DNA from: Chloroflexota bacterium
GTDB taxonomy: Bacteria; Chloroflexota; Dehalococcoidia; GIF9; UBA5629
DNA length: 32,373 bases
Direction of reading: 5' to 3'
Assembly: GCA_037441105.1 (NCBI GenBank)
Contig: JBBISW010000002.1
Span: forward strand, 25,269-57,641
Within the stretch, counting starts at the first letter, position 1. The number at the start of each line of letters is the position of its first letter. The notes beneath the pieces were generated by a model. The model had not been told where the DNA came from. It searched no databases and worked only from the letters and a program-made list of their open reading frames with translations. A program made the position numbers and the translations under genes. Shown piece after piece: positions 8,997-19,092 of this stretch.

Positions 8997-9956
8997 ATGA
9001 TGCGAGTACTAATTACAGGTGGGGCTGGCCGATTGGGCACAACCGTCTGCAAAGTTTTTTTGCGAAATGGATTTCAAGTGCGGGTGTTTGACTTAGACAC
9101 CCCAAGCAATCGAAAGAGCGTCAAGAAACTTTGTGCAAATGCAGAAATCCAGTGGGGAGACGTAACACAACCTGATTCAGTTCGGAAAGCACTGGACGGA
9201 GTTGACGCAGTAGTCCATATGGCTGGTATCTTGCCGCCGATGGCATATGAAAAACCTGAGCTGGCTACCAAAGTCAACGTGGGTGGCACCAGAATAATCG
9301 TTGAACTGTTAAAACAGAAAGGTGGGCAAATCCCGTTTGTATTTACTTCCTCGGTAGCCGCCTTTGGCCCTACGCCAAATGCAACTAAACCTCTCTGCCC
9401 AGAAGAACATCATCCTAATCCCAAAGGGGCATATGGCGAGACCAAGCTTCAAGCTGAAAACCTCATCAAAGAATCGGGAATTGACTACGTAATTTTGCGC
9501 CTTACCGCAACCATGTATCTTTCCTTCTCAGTAAGTGACCTTAAGCGAATGTTTACAATTCCGCTGAACAATCGAGTTGAGTATTGCCACCCAAATGACA
9601 CAGCATCAGCGATATTTAACGCTGTTAAAAATTTCGACAAGGTAAAAGGACATACTTTGGTCATCAGCGGCGGGCCTAAACAACGAATGCTATACAAAGA
9701 TATGATAGGCACCATTTTGAGAGTTCTGGGGTTGCCTCTACCACCGGCTAGCAAGTTCACCAAAGAGCCTTATTACTTAGACTGGTATGACACAGCCAAG
9801 TCACAAAAACTTCTTAAATTCCAGCGGCACACTTTTACCGATTACATTAAGGACTATTCTAGAGAACTGGCCAGGCAATTCGGTCCCGGATTTATACCAT
9901 TTATGCGCCACTTCGTTAGCCCAATCTTCGGAAAAGTTATCGTCCAATTCTTTTGA
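8997..9956 (+). CDS. NAD-dependent epimerase/dehydratase (extended SDR) family protein
   Basis: ITGGAGRLG, VVHMAG, FTSS, YGETK (YxxxK). SD GAGGAG. Confidence 0.9.
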   Translation: MMRVLITGGAGRLGTTVCKVFLRNGFQVRVFDLDTPSNRKSVKKLCANAEIQWGDVTQPDSVRKALDGVDAVVHMAGILPPMAYEKPELATKVNVGGTRIIVELLKQKGGQIPFVFTSSVAAFGPTPNATKPLCPEEHHPNPKGAYGETKLQAENLIKESGIDYVILRLTATMYLSFSVSDLKRMFTIPLNNRVEYCHPNDTASAIFNAVKNFDKVKGHTLVISGGPKQRMLYKDMIGTILRVLGLPLPPASKFTKEPYYLDWYDTAKSQKLLKFQRHTFTDYIKDYSRELARQFGPGFIPFMRHFVSPIFGKVIVQFF

Positions 9957-9975
9957 TTTTTTTGCCACAATGGCC

Positions 9976-10004
9976 TTGCATCCCCAACATCTAAGTGTTA
10001 TAAT
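9976..10004 (+). promoter_or_regulatory. Sigma70 promoter of the pyr operon
   Basis: TTGCAT (9976-9981), 17 nt spacer, TG-T-TATAAT (9999-10004). Confidence 0.8.
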
Positions 10005-10019
10005 AATCTACCAGTAAGA

Positions 10020-10144
10020 CCTTTAAGTCAGTCCAGAGAGGCTGGCAAGGGAAATAATGATAAAGCATTGTAGTTCTCCGCAGCTTCTAAATCTGATTGC
10101 TGTTTTGAAAACCTCTTGCCAGTTCTCGGCAGGAGGTTTTTCTT
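10020..10144 (+). promoter_or_regulatory. PyrR-binding attenuator leader RNA
   Basis: CCTTTAAGTC-AGTCCAGAGAGGCT-GGCAAGG matches the PyrR binding loop (CUUUAA...ARUCCNGNGAGGYU). CTGGCAAG can pair with CTTGCCAG (antiterminator). Terminator follows. Confidence 0.9.
10108..10144 (+). terminator. Attenuator intrinsic terminator
   Basis: AAAACCTCTTGCC-AGTTCTC-GGCAGGAGGTTTT followed by TCTT. Confidence 0.85.
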
Positions 10145-10693
10145 ATGCCTGAAAGAATCCTCATGTCTCCGGAGGACATGCAGCGGGCATTAGTTCGTGT
10201 TGCCCATGAGATCTTAGAAAGGAACAAAGGCGCCCAGGACATTGTCCTCGTTGGCATGCAAACCCGTGGAGTCCCATTAGCCGAACGGCTGGCTACTACT
10301 ATTCAAGGTCTCGAGGGGTTTGCTGTCCCGGTCGGCTCACTCGATATCAGTCTCTATCGCGACGATATTTCATCACTAGCCTTGAAACCCATAATTCACC
10401 GCACCGATGTCCCCGTTGATGTTACTAACAAACAAGTGGTTCTAGTTGACGACGTCTTCTACACTGGACGCAGTATTCGCGCAGCTATGGATGCCCTCAT
10501 AGATTTAGGACGACCCCAGTCCATCCAGCTAGCAGTTCTCGTTGACCGTGGACATCGTGAGCTCCCTATCCGTGCAGACTATGTAGGCAAGAACATACCT
10601 ACCTCAAGAAACGAGGAAATAAAAGTGTATGTTAAGGAAGTGGACAGCGAGGACAAAGTGACTTTACTCTCGTCGGATAAGGAGAACGACTGA
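10145..10693 (+). CDS. pyrR: Bifunctional pyr operon regulator / uracil phosphoribosyltransferase PyrR
   Basis: [57 protein letters not shown]. Confidence 0.97.
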   Translation: MPERILMSPEDMQRALVRVAHEILERNKGAQDIVLVGMQTRGVPLAERLATTIQGLEGFAVPVGSLDISLYRDDISSLALKPIIHRTDVPVDVTNKQVVLVDDVFYTGRSIRAAMDALIDLGRPQSIQLAVLVDRGHRELPIRADYVGKNIPTSRNEEIKVYVKEVDSEDKVTLLSSDKEND

Positions 10694-11703
10694 TGAAAAC
10701 AACTGAGCCAAGTTCAAGCGTCACAACTCCAGAAGCTTTCCCACCGCCATCTATAGGCGCCTGGCAACATCGCCATATACTCGACTTGGATGACTTTACT
10801 CGAGAAGAGATCGAGCTTGTCTTCGAAATCGCCGACGCTATGGCAGAGATACTTACCCGGGAAGTTAAAAAAGTGCCAACCCTAAGAGGCAAAACAGTCG
10901 TCACTCTGTTCTATGAGCCCAGCACGCGTACACGTGCCTCTTTTGAGCTTGCGGCTAAGAATCTAAGCGCTGATACAGTCAGCCTCGACGCCTCAAAAAG
11001 TAGCATTGCAAAGGGAGAATCTCTAGTTGATAGCCTGCGCACCATACAAGCTTTGGGCGCCGACGTTATAGTCATGCGCCATTTGCAATCTGGGGCCCCT
11101 TACGTCGCTACTCAATACATAGACTGCAGTATGATAAACGCTGGAGACGGCTGGCATGCTCATCCCTCACAAGCTCTCCTCGACCTCTATACCATCCGTC
11201 GCCATCTGGGCAAACTGGGTGGACTAAAAGCAGCCATCATCGGTGACATCATGCACAGCCGAGTAGCCCGCTCCAATGTGTGGGGCATGACTATTATGGG
11301 GGTCAAGGTGGTACTATGTGCCCCACCGACCCTCCTGCCACGAGGTTTAAACAGCTTCATAACTAACTGTAAACTGCCAAATGTCAGCATTGAAACCAGT
11401 GTTGAGTCCGCATTGGAAAAAGCTGATGTGGTTATGCCCTTACGACTGCAGATAGAACGGCAGCAAAGTGGACTGCTGCCTACTCTACGAGAATATGTCC
11501 AGCTTTACCAGTTAACCGAGGAACGATTGTCTTTAGCTAAGCCACATGCCTTAGTTCTACACCCAGGGCCTGTGAACGAAGGAATTGAAATCAGTCCTGA
11601 AGTAGCCCACGGGGCTCAATCGGTGATCGAAGAACAAGTAACTAACGGTGTAGCCATCCGCATGGCACTGCTTTACTTAATCGCTGGAGGAAAGAACAAA
11701 TAA
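10693..11703 (+). CDS. pyrB: Aspartate carbamoyltransferase catalytic subunit
   Basis: [44 protein letters not shown] overlap with pyrR. Confidence 0.97.
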   Translation: MKTTEPSSSVTTPEAFPPPSIGAWQHRHILDLDDFTREEIELVFEIADAMAEILTREVKKVPTLRGKTVVTLFYEPSTRTRASFELAAKNLSADTVSLDASKSSIAKGESLVDSLRTIQALGADVIVMRHLQSGAPYVATQYIDCSMINAGDGWHAHPSQALLDLYTIRRHLGKLGGLKAAIIGDIMHSRVARSNVWGMTIMGVKVVLCAPPTLLPRGLNSFITNCKLPNVSIETSVESALEKADVVMPLRLQIERQQSGLLPTLREYVQLYQLTEERLSLAKPHALVLHPGPVNEGIEISPEVAHGAQSVIEEQVTNGVAIRMALLYLIAGGKNK

Positions 11704-13037
11704 TGGCTCATAACCTACTAATAAGCGGCGGACGGATTCTCGACCCTAGCCAGAGGCTGGATAAAGTCGCTGACCTGCTCATCACTGACAGTAAAATCAC
11801 CTGGATTGGGGATAAAGGCACAGCGCCACACAAACCTGACTTAACCACAATTGATGCTACTGGCCTAATAGTATGCCCTGGGTTCATTGATCTCCACTGC
11901 CATCTCCGTGAACCGGGCTTCGAAGACAAGGAAACTATAGCTACAGGCACCAAAGCTGCCGCTAAAGGCGGTTTCACCACCGTTTGTTGCATGCCGAATA
12001 CGAATCCACCTCTAGATAATCAAGCTTCTGTAGATTATGTAAAGAAAACGGCTGAGACCGAGGGGGTTGTTCGAGTACTGCCGATAGGCTGCATTACTAA
12101 AGCAAGGCAAGGCAAAGAGCTGACCGAAATGAGCGAGCTAGCTAATCTAGGGGTTATTGGCTTCAGCGATGATGGCGAGCCTGTAACTAGCTCACGAATC
12201 ATGTCTCTGGCTATGGACTATAGCCGAGCCCTGGGTTTACCAATTATTGACCATTGCGAAGATAAAGAACTGAGCGATGGTGGCTTTATGAATGATGGCT
12301 GGGTATCAGCACGTCTAGGACTTAAGGGTATCCCCAAAGCTGCTGAGGAGATTATGGTTGCCCGCGACATAGCATTGGCACAACTGACCGGCGCTAGACT
12401 CCACATTACTCATGTTAGCACTGAGGGTTCAGTGGAACTTGTTCGCCATGCTAAAGAAAGAGGCATAGCAGTCACTGCCGAAGTCACCCCTCACCACCTG
12501 ACTCTGACCGAGGAACGAATAATGGACAGCCAACCAAAAAAGCACAACCAACTGGCATACGATACCAACGCTAAAGTCAACCCGCCGTTGCGCACCAAAG
12601 AAGATATTGCCGCTTTAATCAAAGGGCTTAAAGATGGCACTATCGATGCCATTGCCACCGACCATGCTCCCCACACCTCGGTGGACAAAATGTGCGAGTT
12701 CGGGCTGGCAGCTTTCGGTATCAGCGGCTTGGAAACCGCCTTCGCCTGCCTGATGACTCTGGTGCACTGCGGAGAACTGGATTTAATGACCCTAATTTCC
12801 AAACTCACCTGTGAGCCGGCAAAAATTATCGGCACAAAATACGGGGGGCTTGGCACATTAAAACCGGGCTGCTGTGCTGATATCACAATTTTCGACCCTA
12901 GTAAGGAATGGGTAGTCGACAGCCATGATTTCGCTTCTAAAGGCAAGAACACCCCATTCGATGGCTACCAGTTTACAGGCAAGGTAATGGCGACTATAGT
13001 CGCTGGTGAAATAGTCTACCGAGACAATTCAAAATAA
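11703..13037 (+). CDS. pyrC: Dihydroorotase (type I)
   Basis: DLHCHLREPG, MPNT, FSDDG, HVST, VTPHH, KVNPPLR, ATDHAPH. TAATG overlap with pyrB. Confidence 0.96.
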   Translation: MAHNLLISGGRILDPSQRLDKVADLLITDSKITWIGDKGTAPHKPDLTTIDATGLIVCPGFIDLHCHLREPGFEDKETIATGTKAAAKGGFTTVCCMPNTNPPLDNQASVDYVKKTAETEGVVRVLPIGCITKARQGKELTEMSELANLGVIGFSDDGEPVTSSRIMSLAMDYSRALGLPIIDHCEDKELSDGGFMNDGWVSARLGLKGIPKAAEEIMVARDIALAQLTGARLHITHVSTEGSVELVRHAKERGIAVTAEVTPHHLTLTEERIMDSQPKKHNQLAYDTNAKVNPPLRTKEDIAALIKGLKDGTIDAIATDHAPHTSVDKMCEFGLAAFGISGLETAFACLMTLVHCGELDLMTLISKLTCEPAKIIGTKYGGLGTLKPGCCADITIFDPSKEWVVDSHDFASKGKNTPFDGYQFTGKVMATIVAGEIVYRDNSK

Positions 13038-13053
13038 AAAAGGAGGGTTTTCA

Positions 13054-16000
13054 TTGCCAAGACGAAACGACATCAAAAAAATAATGATCATCGGCTCTGG
13101 TCCTATTGTGATAGGGCAGGCCTGTGAATTTGACTACTCCGGAACACAGGCTTGCAAAGCCCTTCGAAGCCTGGGCTACGAAATCGTGCTGGTGAACTCA
13201 AACCCGGCAACTATCATGACCGACCCCGGAATGGCACATATAACTTATATCGAGCCGCTTACTCACGAAGCCATGGCGCAGATTATCGAGAAGGAGCGGC
13301 CTGATGCTCTACTGCCAAATCTAGGCGGACAAACAGGTCTTAATCTCAGCGCAGAGTTGAAACGCTCAGGAGTCCTTGACAAGTATGGAGTCGAAGTGAT
13401 CGGCGTTGACATAGATGCCATCAAAAGCGGTGAAGACCGCACTGCCTTCAAAGAAACGATGAACCGGCTGGGCATAGAAGTGCCTCGAAGCAAGGCAGTT
13501 TACAGTGTCGAGGAAGCAGAAAAAGTGGCAGCCGATATAGGATATCCGGTAGTTATCCGTCCGGCATATACCATGGGGGGAACTGGCGGTGGATTGGTCT
13601 ACAACGTGGAGGAATTACGCGTCGTAGCAGAGCGTGGCATTACAGCAAGCCTTATCGGACAGATTCTGATAGAGAAATCAGTTTTGGGATGGGAGGAGTT
13701 GGAGTTGGAAGTCGTCCGTGATTCAAAGAATCAGATGATTACCGTATGCTTTATCGAAAACGTAGATGCCATGGGTGTGCATACCGGCGACTCCTTCTGC
13801 GTAGCTCCTATGCTTACTATTGATACAGAGCTACAAAAACGCCTCCAGGAATATTCCTATCGAATTGTGGAAGCGATACGAGTAATCGGGGGTACCAACA
13901 TTCAATTTGCACACGACCCTAAGACCGGCCGTGTTGTGGTAATTGAGATTAATCCCAGAACCTCGCGTTCGTCAGCGCTCGCTTCCAAGGCGACCGGTTT
14001 CCCCATCGCACTTATTTCCGCCAAATTAGCTGCTGGTTTGACACTTGACGAAATCCCATATTGGCGGGAGGGGACTCTGGAAAAATACACACCATCAGGC
14101 GATTATGTGGTTGTCAAATTCCCTCGCTGGGCCTTTGAAAAGTTCAAAGATGCTGAGGACAAGCTCGGTACACAGATGCGTGCTGTCGGCGAGGTAATGA
14201 GCATCGGCAAGACTTACAAAGAGGCATTACAGAAGGCAATTCGCTCCTTGGAGAATGGTCGCTACGGGTTGGGCTTTGCCAAAGACTTCCATCAGAAGTC
14301 ACTGGACGCGTTAATGGACATGCTTAAAGAACCGACAAGCGAACGACAGTTTATAATGTATGAGGCTCTACGCAAAGGCGCCGACATCCAGAAGCTCTAT
14401 GAGAAAACTTACCTCAAGCCCTGGTTTATCCAGCAGATGAAAGAGTTGGTGGAATTAGAGGAGAAAATCCTCCATTACAAGGGCAAGACACTTCCAGATG
14501 ACATGCTTATTCAAGCAAAGAAGGACGGGTTTTCAGACCGTTACCTGTCACAGGTCCTTGGTGTGCCAGAAAAGGAAATCCGCCGAAAACGTATTTCTCT
14601 CAAAGTAGTTCAAGGCTGGGAGCCTGTGCCGATAAGTGGTGTAGAAAACGCGGCATACTACTTCTCAACATACAATACATCTGACAAGACCACAAGTAGC
14701 AGCAGACGAAAGGTGATGGTATTGGGTGGCGGCCCCAACCGCATCGGCCAGGGCATTGAATTCGATTACTGTTGTGTCCACGCAGCCTTTACCCTACGTG
14801 ATGAAGGGTACGAGACAATCATAGTCAATTGTAATCCCGAAACAGTCTCAACTGACTACGACACATCAGACAAGCTCTACTTTGAACCACTGACGGTTGA
14901 AGACGTCCTGAGTATCTATGAGAAGGAAAAGCCTGAAGGCGTGATCGTCCAGTTCGGCGGTCAGACGCCTCTCAACATCGCCAACGAATTAGCTGAAGCT
15001 GGCGTCAGAATCCTTGGGACTTCACCCGAGACTATAGACCTCGCTGAGGATCGAGGCCGTTTCCGTCTAAGGATGCAGGAACTTGGCATCCCTATGCCTG
15101 AATCGGGGATGGCTAGCAACTTGAAAGAAGCGCTGAGCGTAGCAGAGCGAATCGGGTATCCACTGATGGTGCGGCCATCATATGTATTAGGTGGACGTGG
15201 CATGGAGATAGTCCATGATGAAGATATGCTGAAAGAGTACGTTGCTGCAGCCGTAGGTGTGACTCCCGACCGCCCCATACTGATTGACAAGTTCCTCGAA
15301 AATGCAATCGAATCTGAAGCAGATGCCATCGCTGATGGGACTGACTCGTATGTGCCAGCGGTCATGGAACACATTGAATTAGCCGGGATTCACTCTGGTG
15401 ATTCATCCTGCGTGATTCCTCCAGTAAGCATACCCGCCAAACATATTGATACCATTAACCAATACACCAAAAAAATCGCCATGGAACTTAACGTAAAAGG
15501 CCTGATGAACATCCAGTATGCTATTGCTAAGGACATTGTGTACGTACTGGAAGCTAATCCACGAGCGTCGCGAACCGTACCTATAGTTTCCAAAGTCTGT
15601 AATGTGTCCATGGCACGCCTGGCAACCCAGATAATGCTGGGTAAAAAGCTAACCGACCTTAATCTCAAACCACGCCATATTCCTCATTTCGGAGTCAAAG
15701 AGTCAGTCTTCCCATTTTCCATGTTCCATGAAGTAGATCCCATCCTGGGACCGGAAATGCGCTCAACCGGCGAGGTACTGGGAATTGCCAATTCCTTTGG
15801 CTTGGCATTTTTTAAGGCCCAGGTGGCTGCACAACAATCGCTACCAGTAAACGGAACAGTCCTAATAAGTCTGTCAACCAAGGATACGCCCACTACATTA
15901 GAAGTAGCGAAGCGATTCACCGAACTTGGCTTTAAACTTAAAGCAACACAGGGCACCCATGAATTTCTAGCCAGCCATGGCATCCCATCCGAGTTAATAC

Positions 16001-16254
16001 TTAAGATGCACGAAGGACGACCCAACATCGTCGACGAAATCAAAAACAAAGAAATTCAGTTGGTCATCAATACGCCAAGCGGCAAGCTAGGCAAATACGA
16101 TGATTCATATATCCGCAAGGCAGCAATCAGGTACAAGGTGTCTTATATAACAACACTTGCTGCTGCTGCTGCTGCCGCTAAAGGGATCGCTGCCTATCTC
16201 AGTGGTAAGCCAGAAGTCAAGTCCTTGCAAAGCTACCACGCAGATATTAAATAG
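13054..16254 (+). CDS. carB: Carbamoyl-phosphate synthase large subunit
   Basis: IGSGPIVIGQACEFDYSGTQA, two ATP-grasp domains, GGGPNRIGQGIEFDY, C-terminal MGS domain. TTG start with SD AGGAGG. Confidence 0.98.
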   Translation: MPRRNDIKKIMIIGSGPIVIGQACEFDYSGTQACKALRSLGYEIVLVNSNPATIMTDPGMAHITYIEPLTHEAMAQIIEKERPDALLPNLGGQTGLNLSAELKRSGVLDKYGVEVIGVDIDAIKSGEDRTAFKETMNRLGIEVPRSKAVYSVEEAEKVAADIGYPVVIRPAYTMGGTGGGLVYNVEELRVVAERGITASLIGQILIEKSVLGWEELELEVVRDSKNQMITVCFIENVDAMGVHTGDSFCVAPMLTIDTELQKRLQEYSYRIVEAIRVIGGTNIQFAHDPKTGRVVVIEINPRTSRSSALASKATGFPIALISAKLAAGLTLDEIPYWREGTLEKYTPSGDYVVVKFPRWAFEKFKDAEDKLGTQMRAVGEVMSIGKTYKEALQKAIRSLENGRYGLGFAKDFHQKSLDALMDMLKEPTSERQFIMYEALRKGADIQKLYEKTYLKPWFIQQMKELVELEEKILHYKGKTLPDDMLIQAKKDGFSDRYLSQVLGVPEKEIRRKRISLKVVQGWEPVPISGVENAAYYFSTYNTSDKTTSSSRRKVMVLGGGPNRIGQGIEFDYCCVHAAFTLRDEGYETIIVNCNPETVSTDYDTSDKLYFEPLTVEDVLSIYEKEKPEGVIVQFGGQTPLNIANELAEAGVRILGTSPETIDLAEDRGRFRLRMQELGIPMPESGMASNLKEALSVAERIGYPLMVRPSYVLGGRGMEIVHDEDMLKEYVAAAVGVTPDRPILIDKFLENAIESEADAIADGTDSYVPAVMEHIELAGIHSGDSSCVIPPVSIPAKHIDTINQYTKKIAMELNVKGLMNIQYAIAKDIVYVLEANPRASRTVPIVSKVCNVSMARLATQIMLGKKLTDLNLKPRHIPHFGVKESVFPFSMFHEVDPILGPEMRSTGEVLGIANSFGLAFFKAQVAAQQSLPVNGTVLISLSTKDTPTTLEVAKRFTELGFKLKATQGTHEFLASHGIPSELILKMHEGRPNIVDEIKNKEIQLVINTPSGKLGKYDDSYIRKAAIRYKVSYITTLAAAAAAAKGIAAYLSGKPEVKSLQSYHADIK

Positions 16255-16280
16255 ATGTGGAGTAGAAGCAGTTAAACAAA

Positions 16281-17054
16281 TTGAAGCAAGTTTTAGCTTC
16301 CATCCTCTCCAACATCGAGCTTATGGCTGGATGCCATCTCATCTGTGTTGAAGCACCCGACATCGTCGCCACAGCGAGACCAGGCCAATTCATTATGGTG
16401 AAATGCGGTGAGGAGCTTAAATTGCGTCGTCCCCTGAGCATCCACCGAGTAGACGACTCAAATCAGCTCTCCGTCCTCTTCGCTGTCGTTGGTAGAGGCA
16501 CACAGTGGCTTTCACAGCGCCAGAAAGGTGAAACGCTGGACTTGCTTGGCCCCCTCGGTAACAGCTTTCACATTGAGCAAGCTTCAAGAAACCTACTGCT
16601 GGTAGCTGGCGGAATAGGTATTGCCCCTTTGGTCTTCCTCGCCCAACAAGCACTAAAAAAGGGTAAATCCGTAAAGCTGCTCTCCGGTGCGCGCACAAAA
16701 GACGGGCTTTACCCCTCACAGCTTCTCCCTGGAGGAATTGAAATCAAAGCCATCACCGAAGACGGCAGCAGTGGTAGAAAAGGTATGGTCAGCAAAATCT
16801 TTCCCGATTATATTGACCAGGCTGACCAGATTTATGCCTGTGGCCCAAGAGCTATGTACGAGACAATTGCCAGGCAGATGCAGCGACAGTACATTAAGAA
16901 ACCAGCCCAACTTTCGCTGGAAGTACGAATGGGCTGTGGGTTGGGAGCCTGCTTTGGCTGTAGCATAAAGACAAAACATGGCATGAAAAAAGTATGCCAG
17001 GATGGACCAGTTTTTAATCTGGAAGAAGTAATATTACCGGAGGTGAAAATATGA
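16281..17054 (+). CDS. pyrK: Dihydroorotate dehydrogenase B electron transfer subunit
   Basis: PGQF, RRPLSI, GPLGN, AGGIGIAP, ACGP, CGLGACFGC...VCQDGPVF (2Fe-2S). TTG start. Confidence 0.93.
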   Translation: MKQVLASILSNIELMAGCHLICVEAPDIVATARPGQFIMVKCGEELKLRRPLSIHRVDDSNQLSVLFAVVGRGTQWLSQRQKGETLDLLGPLGNSFHIEQASRNLLLVAGGIGIAPLVFLAQQALKKGKSVKLLSGARTKDGLYPSQLLPGGIEIKAITEDGSSGRKGMVSKIFPDYIDQADQIYACGPRAMYETIARQMQRQYIKKPAQLSLEVRMGCGLGACFGCSIKTKHGMKKVCQDGPVFNLEEVILPEVKI

Positions 17055-17470
17055 CTACAGTAAGTAAAACCATCCGCCTCAGCACCAACGGGAATTGTGA
17101 CATGGTCGACATAACCGAAGAAATAGCCAAGGAGATCAACAACTCCACTATCAACAGTGGTATAGCAACCATTTTCATCGCCGGGTCAACCGCAGGTATA
17201 ACAACTATTGAGTACGAGGGTGGATTGATTAGTGATTTTAAGGATATGTGGAGCCGAAATGTACCTGTAAATATACAGTACCAGCATGACCTGAGATGGG
17301 GAGATGGAAACGGATTCTCACACGTGAGGGCTTCGCTCCAAGGCCCTTCACTTGTTGTCCCCTTTGTAAACAAGAGAATGACGCTCGGAACCTGGCAACA
17401 GATTGTGGTGGTGGACTTCGATAACCGACCGAGAACCAGGGAGATTGTCCTTCAACTGCTAGGCGATTAA
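17051..17470 (+). CDS. yjbQ: YjbQ / UPF0047 family protein
   Basis: DITEEI, GSTAGITTIEYE, YQHD...GNGFSHVRASLQG, LGTWQQIVVVDFD. ATGA overlap with pyrK. Confidence 0.92.
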   Translation: MTTVSKTIRLSTNGNCDMVDITEEIAKEINNSTINSGIATIFIAGSTAGITTIEYEGGLISDFKDMWSRNVPVNIQYQHDLRWGDGNGFSHVRASLQGPSLVVPFVNKRMTLGTWQQIVVVDFDNRPRTREIVLQLLGD

Positions 17471-17603
17471 ACACTCTAATCTTCCCCAAAACCGTGAATA
17501 GACAATAACGCCATCTTTATAATCGTTTCCCACCTGGCTGTGATAAACGTTCGTTAGTAGTTACAGGTGTTGCTGCTTTTTAATACAATTGCTCCATCCC
17601 TCA

Positions 17604-17632
17604 TTGATAAATTGAACTACCAAAGGTAAAAT
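17604..17632 (+). promoter_or_regulatory. Sigma70-type promoter of GT4 copy 1
   Basis: TTGATA, 17 nt spacer, TAAAAT in the context AGGTAAAATGTT; same motif recurs upstream of copy 2. Confidence 0.7.
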
Positions 17633-17687
17633 GTTACCTGTCTTCTCGTACTTCACTATGTAACTTCGTGTTTCGGTGGATGGCTAA

Positions 17688-18968
17688 ATGCGTATATGTC
17701 TGCTCAGCTATAGAAGCTACCGCTATTCCGGCGGGCAGGGTATCTATCTTCGCTATCTGAGTCGTGCTCTCCACAACCTTGGTCACGAGGTTGATGTGGT
17801 ATCAGGCCCACCCTACCCAGATCTAGACGATGGGATAAAGTTGATCAAATTACCCAGCCTTGATTTATATTCAATGTCGTCTGTCCAACGGTTGTTCATA
17901 AATCCAAGTAAATTGAACACATTCCCCAGCCTGGTCGAATGGCTCGGCACCATAAGCGGTTACTTCTCAGAACCCCTCACCTTTGGCATGAGGGCTTACA
18001 ATCTACTCCGCGATAACCAAATAGCCAAATATGACGTTGTGCATGATAATCAGACTTTGGCGTATGGTGTGCTCAAAATCCAGGAACTCGGATTCCCGGT
18101 TGTCGAGACTATCCACCATCCCATAACCGTTGACCGTGAGTTGGCTATTAAGTCAGCAACTTCCCTAAAGGATAAACTTGGCCTCAGAAGATGGTATTCC
18201 TTCATTAATATGCAAGTGAAAGTCGCCCGCCAACTTTCCCACATCATCACAGTTTCCCAGATTGCCAGCCGCCATATCGCTGAGGCATTCGGGGTATCTG
18301 AAGACAAGCTGCGGGTGATACACAACGGTATAGATACGGAGATTTTCAGCCCCTCTCCTAAAGTCAACCGTCTGGAAAACAGGCTCTTGGCGATAAGAAG
18401 TGGAAACACACCCGTCAAAGGTTTGACATACCTGTTAGAAGCATTGGCGCTATTGCGACAGAAGCATGACCTCGAACTAATGGTGGTGGGAAGAGAAGCA
18501 GATGATGACACAATACGGAAACTTATCGCCAATCTGGGTATCAGAGATTATGTAAAGTTTATTGGAGAGATAGACACATCCGAGCTTATCAATCAATACA
18601 GATTGGCCAGCATCGTAGTCATCCCCTCAACATATGAAGGCTTCGGCTTACCTGCGGCTGAAGCCATGGCCTGCGGAGCTCCAGTGGTTGCCACAACTGC
18701 CGGGGCTTTACCTGAGGTGGTAGGAGATGCCGGAATACTGGTGCCCCCAGCCAATGTAAAGGCTCTGGCAGAAGCGATTTCGGCACTCATAGACAATCCG
18801 GATAAAGGCAAGCATCTCAGCGAAATCGGACGAAGGAGAAGCATACAGACATTTAATTGGCTAAATACAGTCAGGCGCACTGTAGATGTCTACGATGAGG
18901 CAATTGAATACCGAAAGTATTTGAAATCGCAAAAAATAGACAATTTATTCTCATCCAAATCGCAATAG
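17688..18968 (+). CDS. Glycosyltransferase family 4 (GT-B), copy 1
   Basis: SGGQGIY, VVHDNQ, TIHHPI, HNGID, KG, YEGFGLPAAEAMACG (EX7E motif). Confidence 0.93.
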   Translation: MRICLLSYRSYRYSGGQGIYLRYLSRALHNLGHEVDVVSGPPYPDLDDGIKLIKLPSLDLYSMSSVQRLFINPSKLNTFPSLVEWLGTISGYFSEPLTFGMRAYNLLRDNQIAKYDVVHDNQTLAYGVLKIQELGFPVVETIHHPITVDRELAIKSATSLKDKLGLRRWYSFINMQVKVARQLSHIITVSQIASRHIAEAFGVSEDKLRVIHNGIDTEIFSPSPKVNRLENRLLAIRSGNTPVKGLTYLLEALALLRQKHDLELMVVGREADDDTIRKLIANLGIRDYVKFIGEIDTSELINQYRLASIVVIPSTYEGFGLPAAEAMACGAPVVATTAGALPEVVGDAGILVPPANVKALAEAISALIDNPDKGKHLSEIGRRRSIQTFNWLNTVRRTVDVYDEAIEYRKYLKSQKIDNLFSSKSQ

Positions 18969-19007
18969 AAATTTCATCGTTCCCTCGCTGATTTTCGCCT
19001 AAACATA

Positions 19008-19036
19008 TTGATATATCTAGCAAACATAGGTAAAAT
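19008..19036 (+). promoter_or_regulatory. Sigma70-type promoter of GT4 copy 2
   Basis: TTGATA, 17 nt spacer, TAAAAT in the context AGGTAAAATGTT. Confidence 0.7.
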
Positions 19037-19092
19037 GTTTTGTGGCTTTTTGTATTAAACTGCGAATGCTTGAAACTCGGATTCGACACTAA

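Noticed and set aside
16159-16179. (GCT)5 repeat encoding a poly-Ala run in carB
   Set aside because: In-frame Ala-rich C-terminal helix of CarB; too short to suggest phase variation.
17490-17582. Possible structured RNA or terminator after yjbQ (CACCTG/CAGGTG, CGTTT/AAACG pairings)
   Set aside because: Stems are short and imperfect and match no riboswitch consensus I recognise; would need an Infernal search.
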